From an uncultured archaeon (GTDB lineage: Archaea; Aenigmatarchaeota; Aenigmatarchaeia; CG10238-14; SCSR01), in contig CAZIJH010000003.1 of assembly GCA_964539655.1 (NCBI GenBank), forward strand, positions 12,113 through 76,112: a stretch of 64,000 nucleotides of DNA, read 5' to 3'. Of the stretch, positions 28,117-37,623 are shown piece by piece. The stretch's first letter is position 1. Each line of letters opens with the position of its first letter. Position numbers and translations under genes: made by a program. The notes beneath the pieces are model-generated. The model saw only the letters and a program-made list of their open reading frames with translations, was not told the origin of the DNA and searched no databases.

Positions 28117-29949
28117 TTATTTTAATTCTTCCTTCTTCCATTCTTCCGGCCTTTTCTTTCCCTCTTCTATCGCGAACTTTCCAAAGAACGTATAGTCCTC
28201 CTCAGGAGATTTAAGCATTCCTTTCAGCGGATCGAAATAATGTTCCTTGATCATCGCAAACTGCCTGTCTGGAGAGTAGAATCCTTCCCTCGACACCCCG
28301 TAAAATTCCATCGGAAGCTTTGTCGGGTCCGTGTCTTTCTCGAGATATTCCGCGATGAGCCTGAGAGACTGGACGCTTGTCTTGATGTATTCTCCGGGAT
28401 TCTGCCCGCCTCCGCGTTCAAAAATGAAGACGCCTTCCTCGAATCCTTTCTTGCGCAGCTGGTACAGCCAATTGTAAATATGTCTCTGGTCCTCGGATCC
28501 GACTTCGATCGGCATGTGCCTGTGCAACGGCGTCGGCGAAAAGAGATGCACTGCTTTCAAAAATTTTCCGACATCTTCCGGCGAGGATTTTATTTCATTG
28601 CTAGGATCAAGCGCATTGTGTATGTAATGCTCGAAATCGATGAGGATCCCGAATTCGTCGGAAAATTTTCTCATGGACTTGACGAAATTGTAAATCTGAT
28701 TCAGGTGGACTATCCTCTGCCTGCCTAGAGCGTACTGCTGCGATAGCTCAGGATTCTCGAACACGAAAGGTATCTTCAATATGTTCATCTTCTCGAACGC
28801 GGTCTTGTAGAAAAATTCCGGAGTCGGTTCGCTGCCGCCGTTTTTTTCCTTCCACAATCTTTCCCTTTCACGTATTGAATCCAATGGTGGCGCTGCTTGG
28901 AAATGTCCCATTATGTAACGGACTGAAACCGCCGCTATCAAATCGGGAGCGCCTGACAAATCGACTTTCCAATTTTCCTTGTCAATCAGCGATCCCTTTT
29001 TTCCGAGTTCGTACTTGTACCAGTTTTTCGCCAGGTTTTCCAAAGTTTCCGACTTGAAAAATATCCCCCACACAGGCTCGTTCGGGTCGTCTTTTTTCAG
29101 CTCCATGTATTTCGCGATGATCAGGTACGCGATTTCTTCGTTGTCGATCTGTCCCTTCGACCCTCTTTCCTTTGTGTGCTCGACCCATATGCGATACATT
29201 ACTTCGCGAGATTTTGCAGGATCCTTTTCGAAAAGAGTCTTCAAGGTATCACGGCCTCCCTTGTGCCCTTCGATTATTTCTTTGAGCAGCTCTTCACCGA
29301 TAATTTTGTCGATTTCTTCTTGAAATTCCTTTTTCACGCCGTAATAGCTGCTGAACATTATCGAGAACGTTTCGAACGGCATGAGAATCTCGAGCAAATA
29401 TTCCTTGAACCATTTTTTCAGTTCGTGCTCCTCGTTTTCGGATTTGCTTTCCCAAAGGCGCGTGAAATCGGAGATTCCGTCAAATGCTACGCTGGCTTCC
29501 GATCTAGTTCTGAACGTTGCTGGGAAAATCCCAATCGGACCAGCATTCGACGCATGGAAGTTTATGAATTTCGGTTTGTATTTTTCATTTTCTTCCTTTA
29601 CGAACTTGAGCCACATGTGGTCGAGATAGTCATGCAATCTTGAATGCGAAATTCTCCAGTAGACTTCGACGGCCGTGTCCCATGCGACTGTCTCGTTGAT
29701 TTCTCCGTGTAAGCTCCATCCTATCCCGAGGCTGTCAACGCCTTGCTGGACCGAAGCCATCCATCCTGGCTGTATGAATTCCGCCGGGCTTTCCACGTCG
29801 ACTTGCACGAACTTCACACCATAAGTTGTAATTGACAAAAATTTTGCGCCTAGCCCGTAAATCAGTTCGGGCGGAGTAGATCCCCCTCCGATCATCGCCA
29901 TTCCGCTCGACACTGCTATCGTATATTTGTTACTTTTCTCATCTGACAT
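28117..29949 (-). CDS. Large TIM-barrel-like hypothetical protein
   Basis: LHGE, FHAS, FEN, IDFEH, AVHL...H, IFE metal-ligand pattern. Confidence 0.7.
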   Translation of the reverse strand: MSDEKSNKYTIAVSSGMAMIGGGSTPPELIYGLGAKFLSITTYGVKFVQVDVESPAEFIQPGWMASVQQGVDSLGIGWSLHGEINETVAWDTAVEVYWRISHSRLHDYLDHMWLKFVKEENEKYKPKFINFHASNAGPIGIFPATFRTRSEASVAFDGISDFTRLWESKSENEEHELKKWFKEYLLEILMPFETFSIMFSSYYGVKKEFQEEIDKIIGEELLKEIIEGHKGGRDTLKTLFEKDPAKSREVMYRIWVEHTKERGSKGQIDNEEIAYLIIAKYMELKKDDPNEPVWGIFFKSETLENLAKNWYKYELGKKGSLIDKENWKVDLSGAPDLIAAVSVRYIMGHFQAAPPLDSIRERERLWKEKNGGSEPTPEFFYKTAFEKMNILKIPFVFENPELSQQYALGRQRIVHLNQIYNFVKSMRKFSDEFGILIDFEHYIHNALDPSNEIKSSPEDVGKFLKAVHLFSPTPLHRHMPIEVGSEDQRHIYNWLYQLRKKGFEEGVFIFERGGGQNPGEYIKTSVQSLRLIAEYLEKDTDPTKLPMEFYGVSREGFYSPDRQFAMIKEHYFDPLKGMLKSPEEDYTFFGKFAIEEGKKRPEEWKKEELK

Positions 29950-29975
29950 TTTTACTTCCCACTTCTAAATTTTTA

Positions 29976-31694
29976 TCAGAAGCCCGCAGAGCTTTTAATA
30001 AATTTCACAATTGGAACATACGCAAAGTTTGCCATCTCTTTGAAATACACCGAAGATACTCTATCGACAAAATCGACTTCGTAATTTCCTGGTTTTATAA
30101 ATTCTATGTTCTGCGCGAATTTGTTCACTATTTTGTCGAGTGTCATTATCGGCCTGTCGGCGGGAGTTTTCTTTTCCTTTACCGGCTCGTCTTTCTTTTT
30201 ATTCAGATAAGGATAGTCTTCTTTGAACATCTCTTCTATCTTTTTTCCGCCTGCAGTTTCGCCAAGCATGTCGCTGATGTACGACTCGAATTCTTTTTCT
30301 TTTATTTTTAGCTCGAGCATCCTGATGAGAATCACATTCTGGGTGTCGAGCGAAAGCTGCATTTGATAACTGGAATCTCCGAAAGTCAAATCTTCGAATT
30401 CGGAACCGTCAGCTCCTCTGAAAACCGTCCTGAACGTCGGGATTTCCATCGTCTGGAAATATTTCGTGGCCTGCCAGCCTTTTTTGGAATAACTACCGAC
30501 AAAATCGTTTCTTACATCAATCAAATCTTTGGTGGTCAATGTGACATTCACATTGTAATTTTCTCTGTAATATTTTTCCAGCTCCCCTCTAAAATAAAGG
30601 ACCCACTTGTCGAGAGGTTCCACGCCTGTCGGGGATTTTTGAATCGTATCCTGCAGTTTCTCGGCTCCCAAATTTTCTCTTATCTCGTCCTTGAATTCCT
30701 GAGGAAAATCCGACTTGGCTATTGAAACTTTTTCATCGATGGCCTCGAAATACGCCTTGTGAAGTTCTGGAATCACAAAAGGTTTCCACGCCCAGACTTC
30801 CGCGACTTCTATCGACACGGCTTGTGTTGAAGGCCTCATCCATGAAACACTTCTGATTATTCCTCTGCCTTCCTCGGTTTCTCCCAGCTCTCTTATTCCT
30901 TTGAACCTCATAATGTACGGCTTCGCCATTTGCCTGTATTCGTCGATCGATTTTTTTCTCGCTTCTACTAATTGTTTTAATCTGACAAATCTTTCCTGAA
31001 CTGTTGTTTTGAACATTTTTTTCCATTCTACAAAAAGTTTGTTTTTTGTTGCAAGCACAACCCCCTCTGCCTCGGTAACATTGTAATCGCTTGAAATTTT
31101 TCTGGGGTCGGTGTCGGATTCTTTGAGACGCATGAAATCGACGATAATTGTCGGCCATCTCGCTGCGATAAGTTTGAGAGCTACGCCTTCGCCCGTATGA
31201 ACGTCGACTTGGTCGATAAATATTGAGCGGAAAGTCTGTAACTTTTCTTTCGCGGTTTTTTCGTCCTTCTTGTCAGCAGCCTTTTCGAGTTCTTCAAAGG
31301 AATCGAGATACTCTTTATACTTTCTCAAATCGTGATTCAGCAATTCGTAATCGCCGACTGATGTCTGTATTCCTGCGAGAGCGCTCTTGATCTGCCCTTC
31401 GAGCTGCTGCTTCTGCTGGACAGTGAGCTGGTAAAATTGCGGATGCACCGGCGAGATTTCCGTCCACTCATCAACTTTGTTGACATCGAATCCCATCTTC
31501 GACAGCTGGAACAAAAGTCCGAAATACAGGCCGCTCGCCTTTCCCAGAGGCAACGTTACATCGATTTCGGTTCTCTGACTGAGCGGTGCGACCTTCCATA
31601 TTCTTCCCGGAACTATTCCTGGAAATTCCGCCGCAAGCCCGATTTTTCCCGAAGTCAGGTGTTTCTGAAGTGTTGTTCCGCAAAAGCTTGACAT
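29976..31694 (-). CDS. Hypothetical protein with coiled-coil region
   Basis: 572-aa ORF in an operon-like array. Confidence 0.8.
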   Translation of the reverse strand: MSSFCGTTLQKHLTSGKIGLAAEFPGIVPGRIWKVAPLSQRTEIDVTLPLGKASGLYFGLLFQLSKMGFDVNKVDEWTEISPVHPQFYQLTVQQKQQLEGQIKSALAGIQTSVGDYELLNHDLRKYKEYLDSFEELEKAADKKDEKTAKEKLQTFRSIFIDQVDVHTGEGVALKLIAARWPTIIVDFMRLKESDTDPRKISSDYNVTEAEGVVLATKNKLFVEWKKMFKTTVQERFVRLKQLVEARKKSIDEYRQMAKPYIMRFKGIRELGETEEGRGIIRSVSWMRPSTQAVSIEVAEVWAWKPFVIPELHKAYFEAIDEKVSIAKSDFPQEFKDEIRENLGAEKLQDTIQKSPTGVEPLDKWVLYFRGELEKYYRENYNVNVTLTTKDLIDVRNDFVGSYSKKGWQATKYFQTMEIPTFRTVFRGADGSEFEDLTFGDSSYQMQLSLDTQNVILIRMLELKIKEKEFESYISDMLGETAGGKKIEEMFKEDYPYLNKKKDEPVKEKKTPADRPIMTLDKIVNKFAQNIEFIKPGNYEVDFVDRVSSVYFKEMANFAYVPIVKFIKSSAGF

Positions 31695-31698
31695 TGAC

Positions 31699-31866
31699 TC
31701 AACCCGCGAAAAGCATGAACGCTCCGACGGCCATCAAGACGAATCCCACAAGAAGTCCACCATGGGCAAGTGGCTTGGGTTGGTAATCGAGTATGAACGG
31801 AAACAAAAATGTAATTACAGCCCCTAGAAACAGGATGCCTGCTCCCGCTATTTTGACGAATACCAT
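31699..31866 (-). CDS. Two-TM microprotein (55 aa, not in the ORF track)
   Basis: MVFVKIAGAGILFLGAVITFLFP...GLLVGFVLMAVGAFMLFAG. Confidence 0.7.
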   Translation of the reverse strand: MVFVKIAGAGILFLGAVITFLFPFILDYQPKPLAHGGLLVGFVLMAVGAFMLFAG

Positions 31867-31922
31867 CGAGATTACCTATAATACTTATTTGTCTTATAAT
31901 AACTAAAATTTAATAGAAGATT

Positions 31923-32450
31923 ATGGTAATTTTCGCGAGGACAAAACTGACTATCGAGGAAGACTGCATGCTTCCGACTCCGAAGCTTCTTCTCAACTAT
32001 TCCGGGCCTAATCCGCAGAAAGTCTATCCGAAAATCATGGAGCTGTTGAAATCCGTGTTGAAGATCAAGCCCGAGAACATACAGGAAAAAAAATTCGAAT
32101 GGAGCCGTTCGGCTGTTCCCGAAAAATTTTCCGGCGAAATAGAGGCGTTCAAGGATCTTGACAGGTTTTCGTACATCCTTCTCTGGGTGGATTTCAGCGG
32201 AAGCGTGAAGCCGAGCAAGGAATTCGGAAAGGAAGGAGACATAAAAGTAGTTATTGACGGGGTTCTGAGGACAGATTATCCGCAGGACACCGTATGGGAA
32301 AGGAGCCTTCTCTACGAAATTTTCAGGTCCGTGTGGCATAAAATTTTTTACGAGGAAAAAAGATTCAGGTACAAGGAAGTCTGCAGGGATTCGATGCTCA
32401 CATTGCAGAACGAGATAAAAAGTTTCCTCAACATTTTGCCGAAGGAATAA
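31923..32450 (+). CDS. Hypothetical protein, paralog of the next gene
   Basis: Shared YxGPNP...FxW...DRF...I.G...TD(Y/F)P motifs. Confidence 0.8.
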   Translation: MVIFARTKLTIEEDCMLPTPKLLLNYSGPNPQKVYPKIMELLKSVLKIKPENIQEKKFEWSRSAVPEKFSGEIEAFKDLDRFSYILLWVDFSGSVKPSKEFGKEGDIKVVIDGVLRTDYPQDTVWERSLLYEIFRSVWHKIFYEEKRFRYKEVCRDSMLTLQNEIKSFLNILPKE

Positions 32451-32489
32451 TAAAAATAAAATTGTGAACTAAAAATCAGAGTTGTTGAA

Positions 32490-33020
32490 ATGGGATTTGT
32501 AATTCAGGACGACGCGCTCGCGCCAAGAAAAGAATTGATTTTGGTATACGACGGACCAAACCCGGTATCGATATATCCGCAAGTCGATCCGATGATGAGG
32601 ACCATTTTCGAAGCCAAGGGTACCCACATGTTCGAACCGGTTTTCAAATGGGACGCATCAGGTGATCCGAGATCTTTTTACATAAAAGTCCAAGTCAAGA
32701 AAGGGATTGACAGGTTCACTAAATTTGAAGTAAACGTTCTTCTCTGGGGCACTCAGCCCGCCGACAAAACGAAGACGGGGAACGTGAAAATAATAATCAG
32801 CGGTTTCGTCAACACGGATTTTCCTGCGAGCAAACTTTTCGAAAAATATCTCTACACGCCGTTTTTCTATCTCTACAACATAGGCTACTACAACAAGATA
32901 CGCAGGCAGTACGTCCAATGGGTCCGCGACGGAATTTACAAGCTCGAGTCGCAGATAAGGCAGAAGTTTAATATGCCGCAAAGCGAAAATCAGTTCAGGC
33001 TCACAGAGGAAGCTCAATAA
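32490..33020 (+). CDS. Hypothetical protein, paralog of the previous gene
   Basis: YDGPNP...FKW...DRF...ISGFVNTDFP. Confidence 0.8.
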   Translation: MGFVIQDDALAPRKELILVYDGPNPVSIYPQVDPMMRTIFEAKGTHMFEPVFKWDASGDPRSFYIKVQVKKGIDRFTKFEVNVLLWGTQPADKTKTGNVKIIISGFVNTDFPASKLFEKYLYTPFFYLYNIGYYNKIRRQYVQWVRDGIYKLESQIRQKFNMPQSENQFRLTEEAQ

Positions 33021-33040
33021 AATAAATTGGTGAATGTATA

Positions 33041-33391
33041 ATGGATTTCGGATTTCTGAAAAAAATTTTCAGTTTTGGGAAAAAGAATGATGACATGTCG
33101 CCGGACGAAATAAAATCCCTCGAAGCGAAATACAGATTGCCTTCATCGTCGCCGTCTCAGCCTTCAATCGCGACAGCAACGACTCCTGCGATTTCAAATT
33201 CCAACTCGCCGTCTCCTTCGTCCGGAAATATTGCTGCCGACAACATCAAGGCTAAGCTGGACCTGATGACCATGCAGATGGACGGGATGAAGATACAGTA
33301 CGAATCGCTGAACCAGAGGCTGATACAGATTGAAAATATGGTCCGCTCTATTTACGAAAGCACGAGGCCTTCTCCCACTTCGAGATACTGA
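33041..33391 (+). CDS. Small protein with Ser/Pro linker and C-terminal coiled coil
   Basis: GGTGA ribosome-binding site; IKAKLDLM...LNQRLIQIE. Confidence 0.75.
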   Translation: MDFGFLKKIFSFGKKNDDMSPDEIKSLEAKYRLPSSSPSQPSIATATTPAISNSNSPSPSSGNIAADNIKAKLDLMTMQMDGMKIQYESLNQRLIQIENMVRSIYESTRPSPTSRY

Positions 33392-33915
33392 TTTCTCGCG
33401 GACGTGTTCAGGTAGTCGTTGCAGTTTTCGCAGATCCAATCCCCGTCATTCTCGACCAGATTGTTGGAATGGTTCTCGCACGTCTCGCAGATGTTTATGT
33501 CGGTGCTTCCCCTTTTCTCGCTCAGCATTATCGGCGAGAGGTTCCTTATTTCGTCTATCATCAGGAATCCTGTTCCTGCGAAATCGAAATTGAAGAGCCT
33601 CACGAAGCTCTGCGCAAGCCACGGATCCTTGAAGAAGATCCACTGGAAGACTTCCTTGACGTAGCAGTAGATGCAGAACACCGAATCGGTCACGTTCCTG
33701 CACTTTATGCAGAATTCCGAATTGTGCTCGCTTGAGAAATGCCTGTCGAGTGAATGATGGAAGGTTTCGAATTGCAAGGCCAGCGCGACGGACTTCGACT
33801 CCATCCATTTTTGGACGTCCTTATGCAGGCAGTCGGCGCATATGAAATTGTAAATTGGCTCCAGACAGATGCTGCAGATCGACGTTTCTTTCATTACGTT
33901 TGTTGCCCAATTCAT
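33352..33915 (-). CDS. Multi-zinc-finger hypothetical protein
   Basis: Six CxxC motifs. Confidence 0.75.
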   Translation of the reverse strand: MNWATNVMKETSICSICLEPIYNFICADCLHKDVQKWMESKSVALALQFETFHHSLDRHFSSEHNSEFCIKCRNVTDSVFCIYCYVKEVFQWIFFKDPWLAQSFVRLFNFDFAGTGFLMIDEIRNLSPIMLSEKRGSTDINICETCENHSNNLVENDGDWICENCNDYLNTSARNQYLEVGEGLVLS

Positions 33916-34105
33916 TCGTTATCATGCTCCTTTCCATCCCGCCTCTATTCTAATATTTTGCGCAATATATATACATTGCCTCTAAAAAAACCGAGAAATT
34001 TTCTTTTAATAACTAAAAAAACTGGCAATAATTGCTAGTAGCCTATAAAAAAACTAAAAAACAAATATAAATATAACCTAGTTTAAAGAATTATAGCTGG
34101 CCCGA

Positions 34106-34669
34106 ATGAAGAGCAAAATTAATTTAGACAATACGAACAGATTCCTCATTTCCGAACTTATCAAAAACGGCAGGGTAAAATATACGACTCTTGCAAAAAA
34201 ACTGAACGTCACGCCCGCCGCGATAAAGGAGCGCATTGAAAGGCTGATTAGGAACAGGGTCATCAGGCCAACTGTCGTCATCAACACGATCGAAATGTTT
34301 CCGATCAAGGCGAATATCGGGGTCGAGGCCGACGCGGAAGGAGTAAATATTCTTGTCAAAAAATTGAGGAACAGCCCGCTCGTCGTTCAGATGACGAGGA
34401 CTTCCGGCAACCACAATTTGACTATGGCCGTAGTCGCCGAAAGCTACCAGCAGCTCGAGATGTTTCTCGACCACCAGATCAGGTCGGAGCCCGGGATAAG
34501 GCACGTCGAAGTCAACATCGGAAACGCGTCTTCCATAGTTCCGGAATTCGAGCAGGTCAGGCTGTTCTACGATCCGGACGTCAAGATGACTCCGTGCGGG
34601 ATGTTCGTGACGGGAAACGAATACTGCGAGTACTGCCCGCAGGAGCAGCCCAAAAAAAGCGTGGAATGA
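34106..34669 (+). CDS. Lrp/AsnC-family regulator with C-terminal Cys cluster
   Basis: LD..NR.LI.EL..NGR...LAKKL HTH; PCG...CEYCP. Confidence 0.9.
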   Translation: MKSKINLDNTNRFLISELIKNGRVKYTTLAKKLNVTPAAIKERIERLIRNRVIRPTVVINTIEMFPIKANIGVEADAEGVNILVKKLRNSPLVVQMTRTSGNHNLTMAVVAESYQQLEMFLDHQIRSEPGIRHVEVNIGNASSIVPEFEQVRLFYDPDVKMTPCGMFVTGNEYCEYCPQEQPKKSVE

Positions 34670-34697
34670 TTTATCTTTTTACGTGCATGGTGATTAG

Positions 34698-35228
34698 ATG
34701 GAGCCGAACGAGAACAAAAAAGAAGGTAAGGTTGAGCTGCTCGACTATCTGAAGAAAAAGATAGAGGACATGCCGGAGACGCAGCGCACGAAAATATTCG
34801 GTGGGATTTTCACGAGAATAATTTCTGTTCTGGCCGCGAGGCTGATAAAGTACGAAGGCTACAGCATAACCAACACTATATTAAAAAGGGAATTGAACGA
34901 GATCGGAAAAAGGGACGCGAAAGTTCTCGCCGAGATTTTCGGAATAAAGGGGAAAGGCCCTGAAAATTCCTCGCAGATTTTGAAAATAGCCGCGCTCATT
35001 TTGGGATTCAAGCTAGACGTGGAAAAAGGAGAAACCGTAGTCAGGGAATGCCCGTTCGCCATGCTAGCAAAAGAAATGAAGGAACCGATGTTATGCAACA
35101 TATGCTCGGATTACTGCCAAGGAATCACGAACGAGATAATTGGGGATAATGCAAAAATTGAAGGAACACATAACATTGAAATGGAAAAGCCCGAGTGCTA
35201 TTTCAGGATGAAAATGAGAACCGAATAG
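34698..35228 (+). CDS. V4R/output-domain-like protein
   Basis: ECPF...LC..C...GI...ECYF. Confidence 0.7.
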   Translation: MEPNENKKEGKVELLDYLKKKIEDMPETQRTKIFGGIFTRIISVLAARLIKYEGYSITNTILKRELNEIGKRDAKVLAEIFGIKGKGPENSSQILKIAALILGFKLDVEKGETVVRECPFAMLAKEMKEPMLCNICSDYCQGITNEIIGDNAKIEGTHNIEMEKPECYFRMKMRTE

Positions 35229-35283
35229 ATTTTTCCGAAAGGGAAAAGGTTTAAATCTGTTTCAATTAAGCATAATAAGTATT

Positions 35284-36414
35284 ATGTCGGAACCTCTTCA
35301 AGTCGGAGCAGGAGAAGAATTGATAAATTTATCCAAAATTCTCGGAACAAAAATTGACAAATGGATTGAAGAAAACATTTTGCCGACAAATTCTCAGCCA
35401 ACTGAAATGTATGATAGCTTGAGAGAATCCCTTGAAGGTGGAAAGGGATTGAGAGAGCTAGCAACTTATCTTGTAGCTGAATCTCTCGGGACCGACCCAG
35501 ATAAAACAATTCCACTCGGGGCTGGCTCAAAGTTTGCACAAACCTCTTTTGTAATATTGGATGGTATCAACGACGATGAATATTTCAGGCGCGGTAAACT
35601 TGCTCTCTTTAGGAGAATCGGCGTTACGAAAGCGCAGCTTGTTTATTCTGAAGCACTTGTTAAATCGTTCCAATGCCTAAATGCTGCGAAACCTATCTGG
35701 GGAGAAAATATTACTGACAGAATTTTGAACATCTGGACACAGATGATGGTGACGACTGGAGAGGGGCAGTATTCAGAATACATGAAGACGATGAAAAGAG
35801 ATTTTCGAAACTGGACCGAAGAAATGTATTTTGCAGATGCGACTGAAAAAGCTGGTGACTACACGCTTGGAACTCCGTTTGCAGCAGGAGCAATTATAGC
35901 AAACAAAGTAAATGGTTATGTAAATGATCTTAGAACTCTTGGAAGAATTGTCGGTGGCAGAGTTTTCCAGCCGATTGACGACGTATTGAATTTGAAATAC
36001 CTATTGACATTGGACCCGCAGTTGTTAATTGGCAAGCGCGTTTCTGATTTACAAAAACTTGAAAAGGAACTGCTTGACAAGATACTTGGTAAGTATGGAA
36101 AAGAACCAGGAGGGGATATTTTAGAAGGAAAACATACTTTACCAGCTAATCATTACATATCACAAATAATGAATAATCAATCAAAATTGGAAAAATTCCA
36201 AAATACTTTTGGAAAAAGAGATTCCTTTTATGATCAAGTTATAGACTTGGTTTACGAAATGAAAGACAAAGATTCAATTGAATATGGAATGATGAGAGCA
36301 AAGGAAGAAAAAGAAAAAATTGGAGTTCTAATCGAGGATAGGTTTAAGGACAGTCTTGATAAAGGAAAGAAAATTATGAACCTTATAGATTTTGTGTATA
36401 ACCGAACATGGTAG
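35284..36414 (+). CDS. Polyprenyl diphosphate synthase
   Basis: GGKGLR, DGINDD...RRG, GQ, FQPIDD, DILEGK. Confidence 0.88.
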   Translation: MSEPLQVGAGEELINLSKILGTKIDKWIEENILPTNSQPTEMYDSLRESLEGGKGLRELATYLVAESLGTDPDKTIPLGAGSKFAQTSFVILDGINDDEYFRRGKLALFRRIGVTKAQLVYSEALVKSFQCLNAAKPIWGENITDRILNIWTQMMVTTGEGQYSEYMKTMKRDFRNWTEEMYFADATEKAGDYTLGTPFAAGAIIANKVNGYVNDLRTLGRIVGGRVFQPIDDVLNLKYLLTLDPQLLIGKRVSDLQKLEKELLDKILGKYGKEPGGDILEGKHTLPANHYISQIMNNQSKLEKFQNTFGKRDSFYDQVIDLVYEMKDKDSIEYGMMRAKEEKEKIGVLIEDRFKDSLDKGKKIMNLIDFVYNRTW

Positions 36415-36449
36415 ACAACTGTTTATAAATTTCCGATTCTTATCTAGAT

Positions 36450-37595
36450 TTGATTGAAATGATCGTCGGGCTTGTAGGAAAAACAAATTCTGGAAAATCG
36501 TCGTTTTTCAAATCCGCGACAATGATCGACGTGGAGATTGCCAACAGGCCTTTCGTTACGATCAACCCGAATGTCGGGACTGCCTATGTTATTGTCGACT
36601 GCGTATGCAGGGAATCAGGAAAGACATGCAGTCCAAAATACGGGATGTGCAAGGATGGCAAGAGATTTGTTCCAGTGAAGTTGGTAGACGTTGCTGGACT
36701 AGTTCCTGGCGCGCACGAAGGAAGGGGACTCGGAAACAAATTTTTGGACGACATACGTCAGGCTTCCGTGCTCATTCATGTTGTGGATTTTTCCGGACTT
36801 ACGGACGAGGAGGGCAGGCCAACGACAGGAAGGAACCCGGAAGACGATATCAAATTTTTGGAGGAGGAAATTGATCTCTGGTTCGCCTCGGTGATACAGA
36901 AAGCCGCTGTGAAGATAGGAAAAGTAAAAACAAAATCGGATATTGTAAATGTGCTTGTAGAACAGTTGAGCGGCCTTGAAATTAAACGTGAACACATTGA
37001 AAATCTTATCGAGAAATTTTCGATTGAAAATGTCAACGAGTTCGCGCGCGAGCTGAGGAAAATTTCAAAGCCGATGATAATAGCGGCCAATAAGATCGAT
37101 TTGCCGGAAGCCCAGGAAAATTTCGAGAAATTAAAAATTTTGAAATCCGTCCCGACTTCAGCAGATTACGAAATCGCTTTGAAAAAAGCCGCCGAGAAAA
37201 ATTTGATAGATTATCTTCCCGGGAATAATTTCGAAATTAAAAACATTTCAAACGAACAACAGAAATCTGCTTTGGAAAAAATAAAAAAAATTGTCGGCAA
37301 GTACGGATCGACGGGGGTTCAGAAATGCTTGAACGATTCCGTATTCTCTCTGTTGAATTACATCGCAGTTTTTCCTGTTGCTGACGCCAACAAGCTAACG
37401 GACAAGGACGGAAACGTATTACCGGATGTTTTCCTTGTGCCTAGCGGAACCACTGTCAAGGAGTTCGCTTTCAAGGTCCATACGACGCTCGGCGAGAAAT
37501 TCATAGCCGGGATAGATGCCAGGACGAAAAAGAAGCTCTCGGCCGATTACCAACTAAAAAATAGGGACATCGTGGAAATTGCGTTCGCAAAATAA
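36450..37595 (+). CDS. ychF: YchF-related Obg-family NTPase with TGS domain
   Basis: GKTNSGKS, PFVTINPN, DVAGLV, NKID. Confidence 0.9.
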   Translation: MIEMIVGLVGKTNSGKSSFFKSATMIDVEIANRPFVTINPNVGTAYVIVDCVCRESGKTCSPKYGMCKDGKRFVPVKLVDVAGLVPGAHEGRGLGNKFLDDIRQASVLIHVVDFSGLTDEEGRPTTGRNPEDDIKFLEEEIDLWFASVIQKAAVKIGKVKTKSDIVNVLVEQLSGLEIKREHIENLIEKFSIENVNEFARELRKISKPMIIAANKIDLPEAQENFEKLKILKSVPTSADYEIALKKAAEKNLIDYLPGNNFEIKNISNEQQKSALEKIKKIVGKYGSTGVQKCLNDSVFSLLNYIAVFPVADANKLTDKDGNVLPDVFLVPSGTTVKEFAFKVHTTLGEKFIAGIDARTKKKLSADYQLKNRDIVEIAFAK

Positions 37596-37623
37596 CATTT
37601 TATAACTAGACATCCAAATCTAA

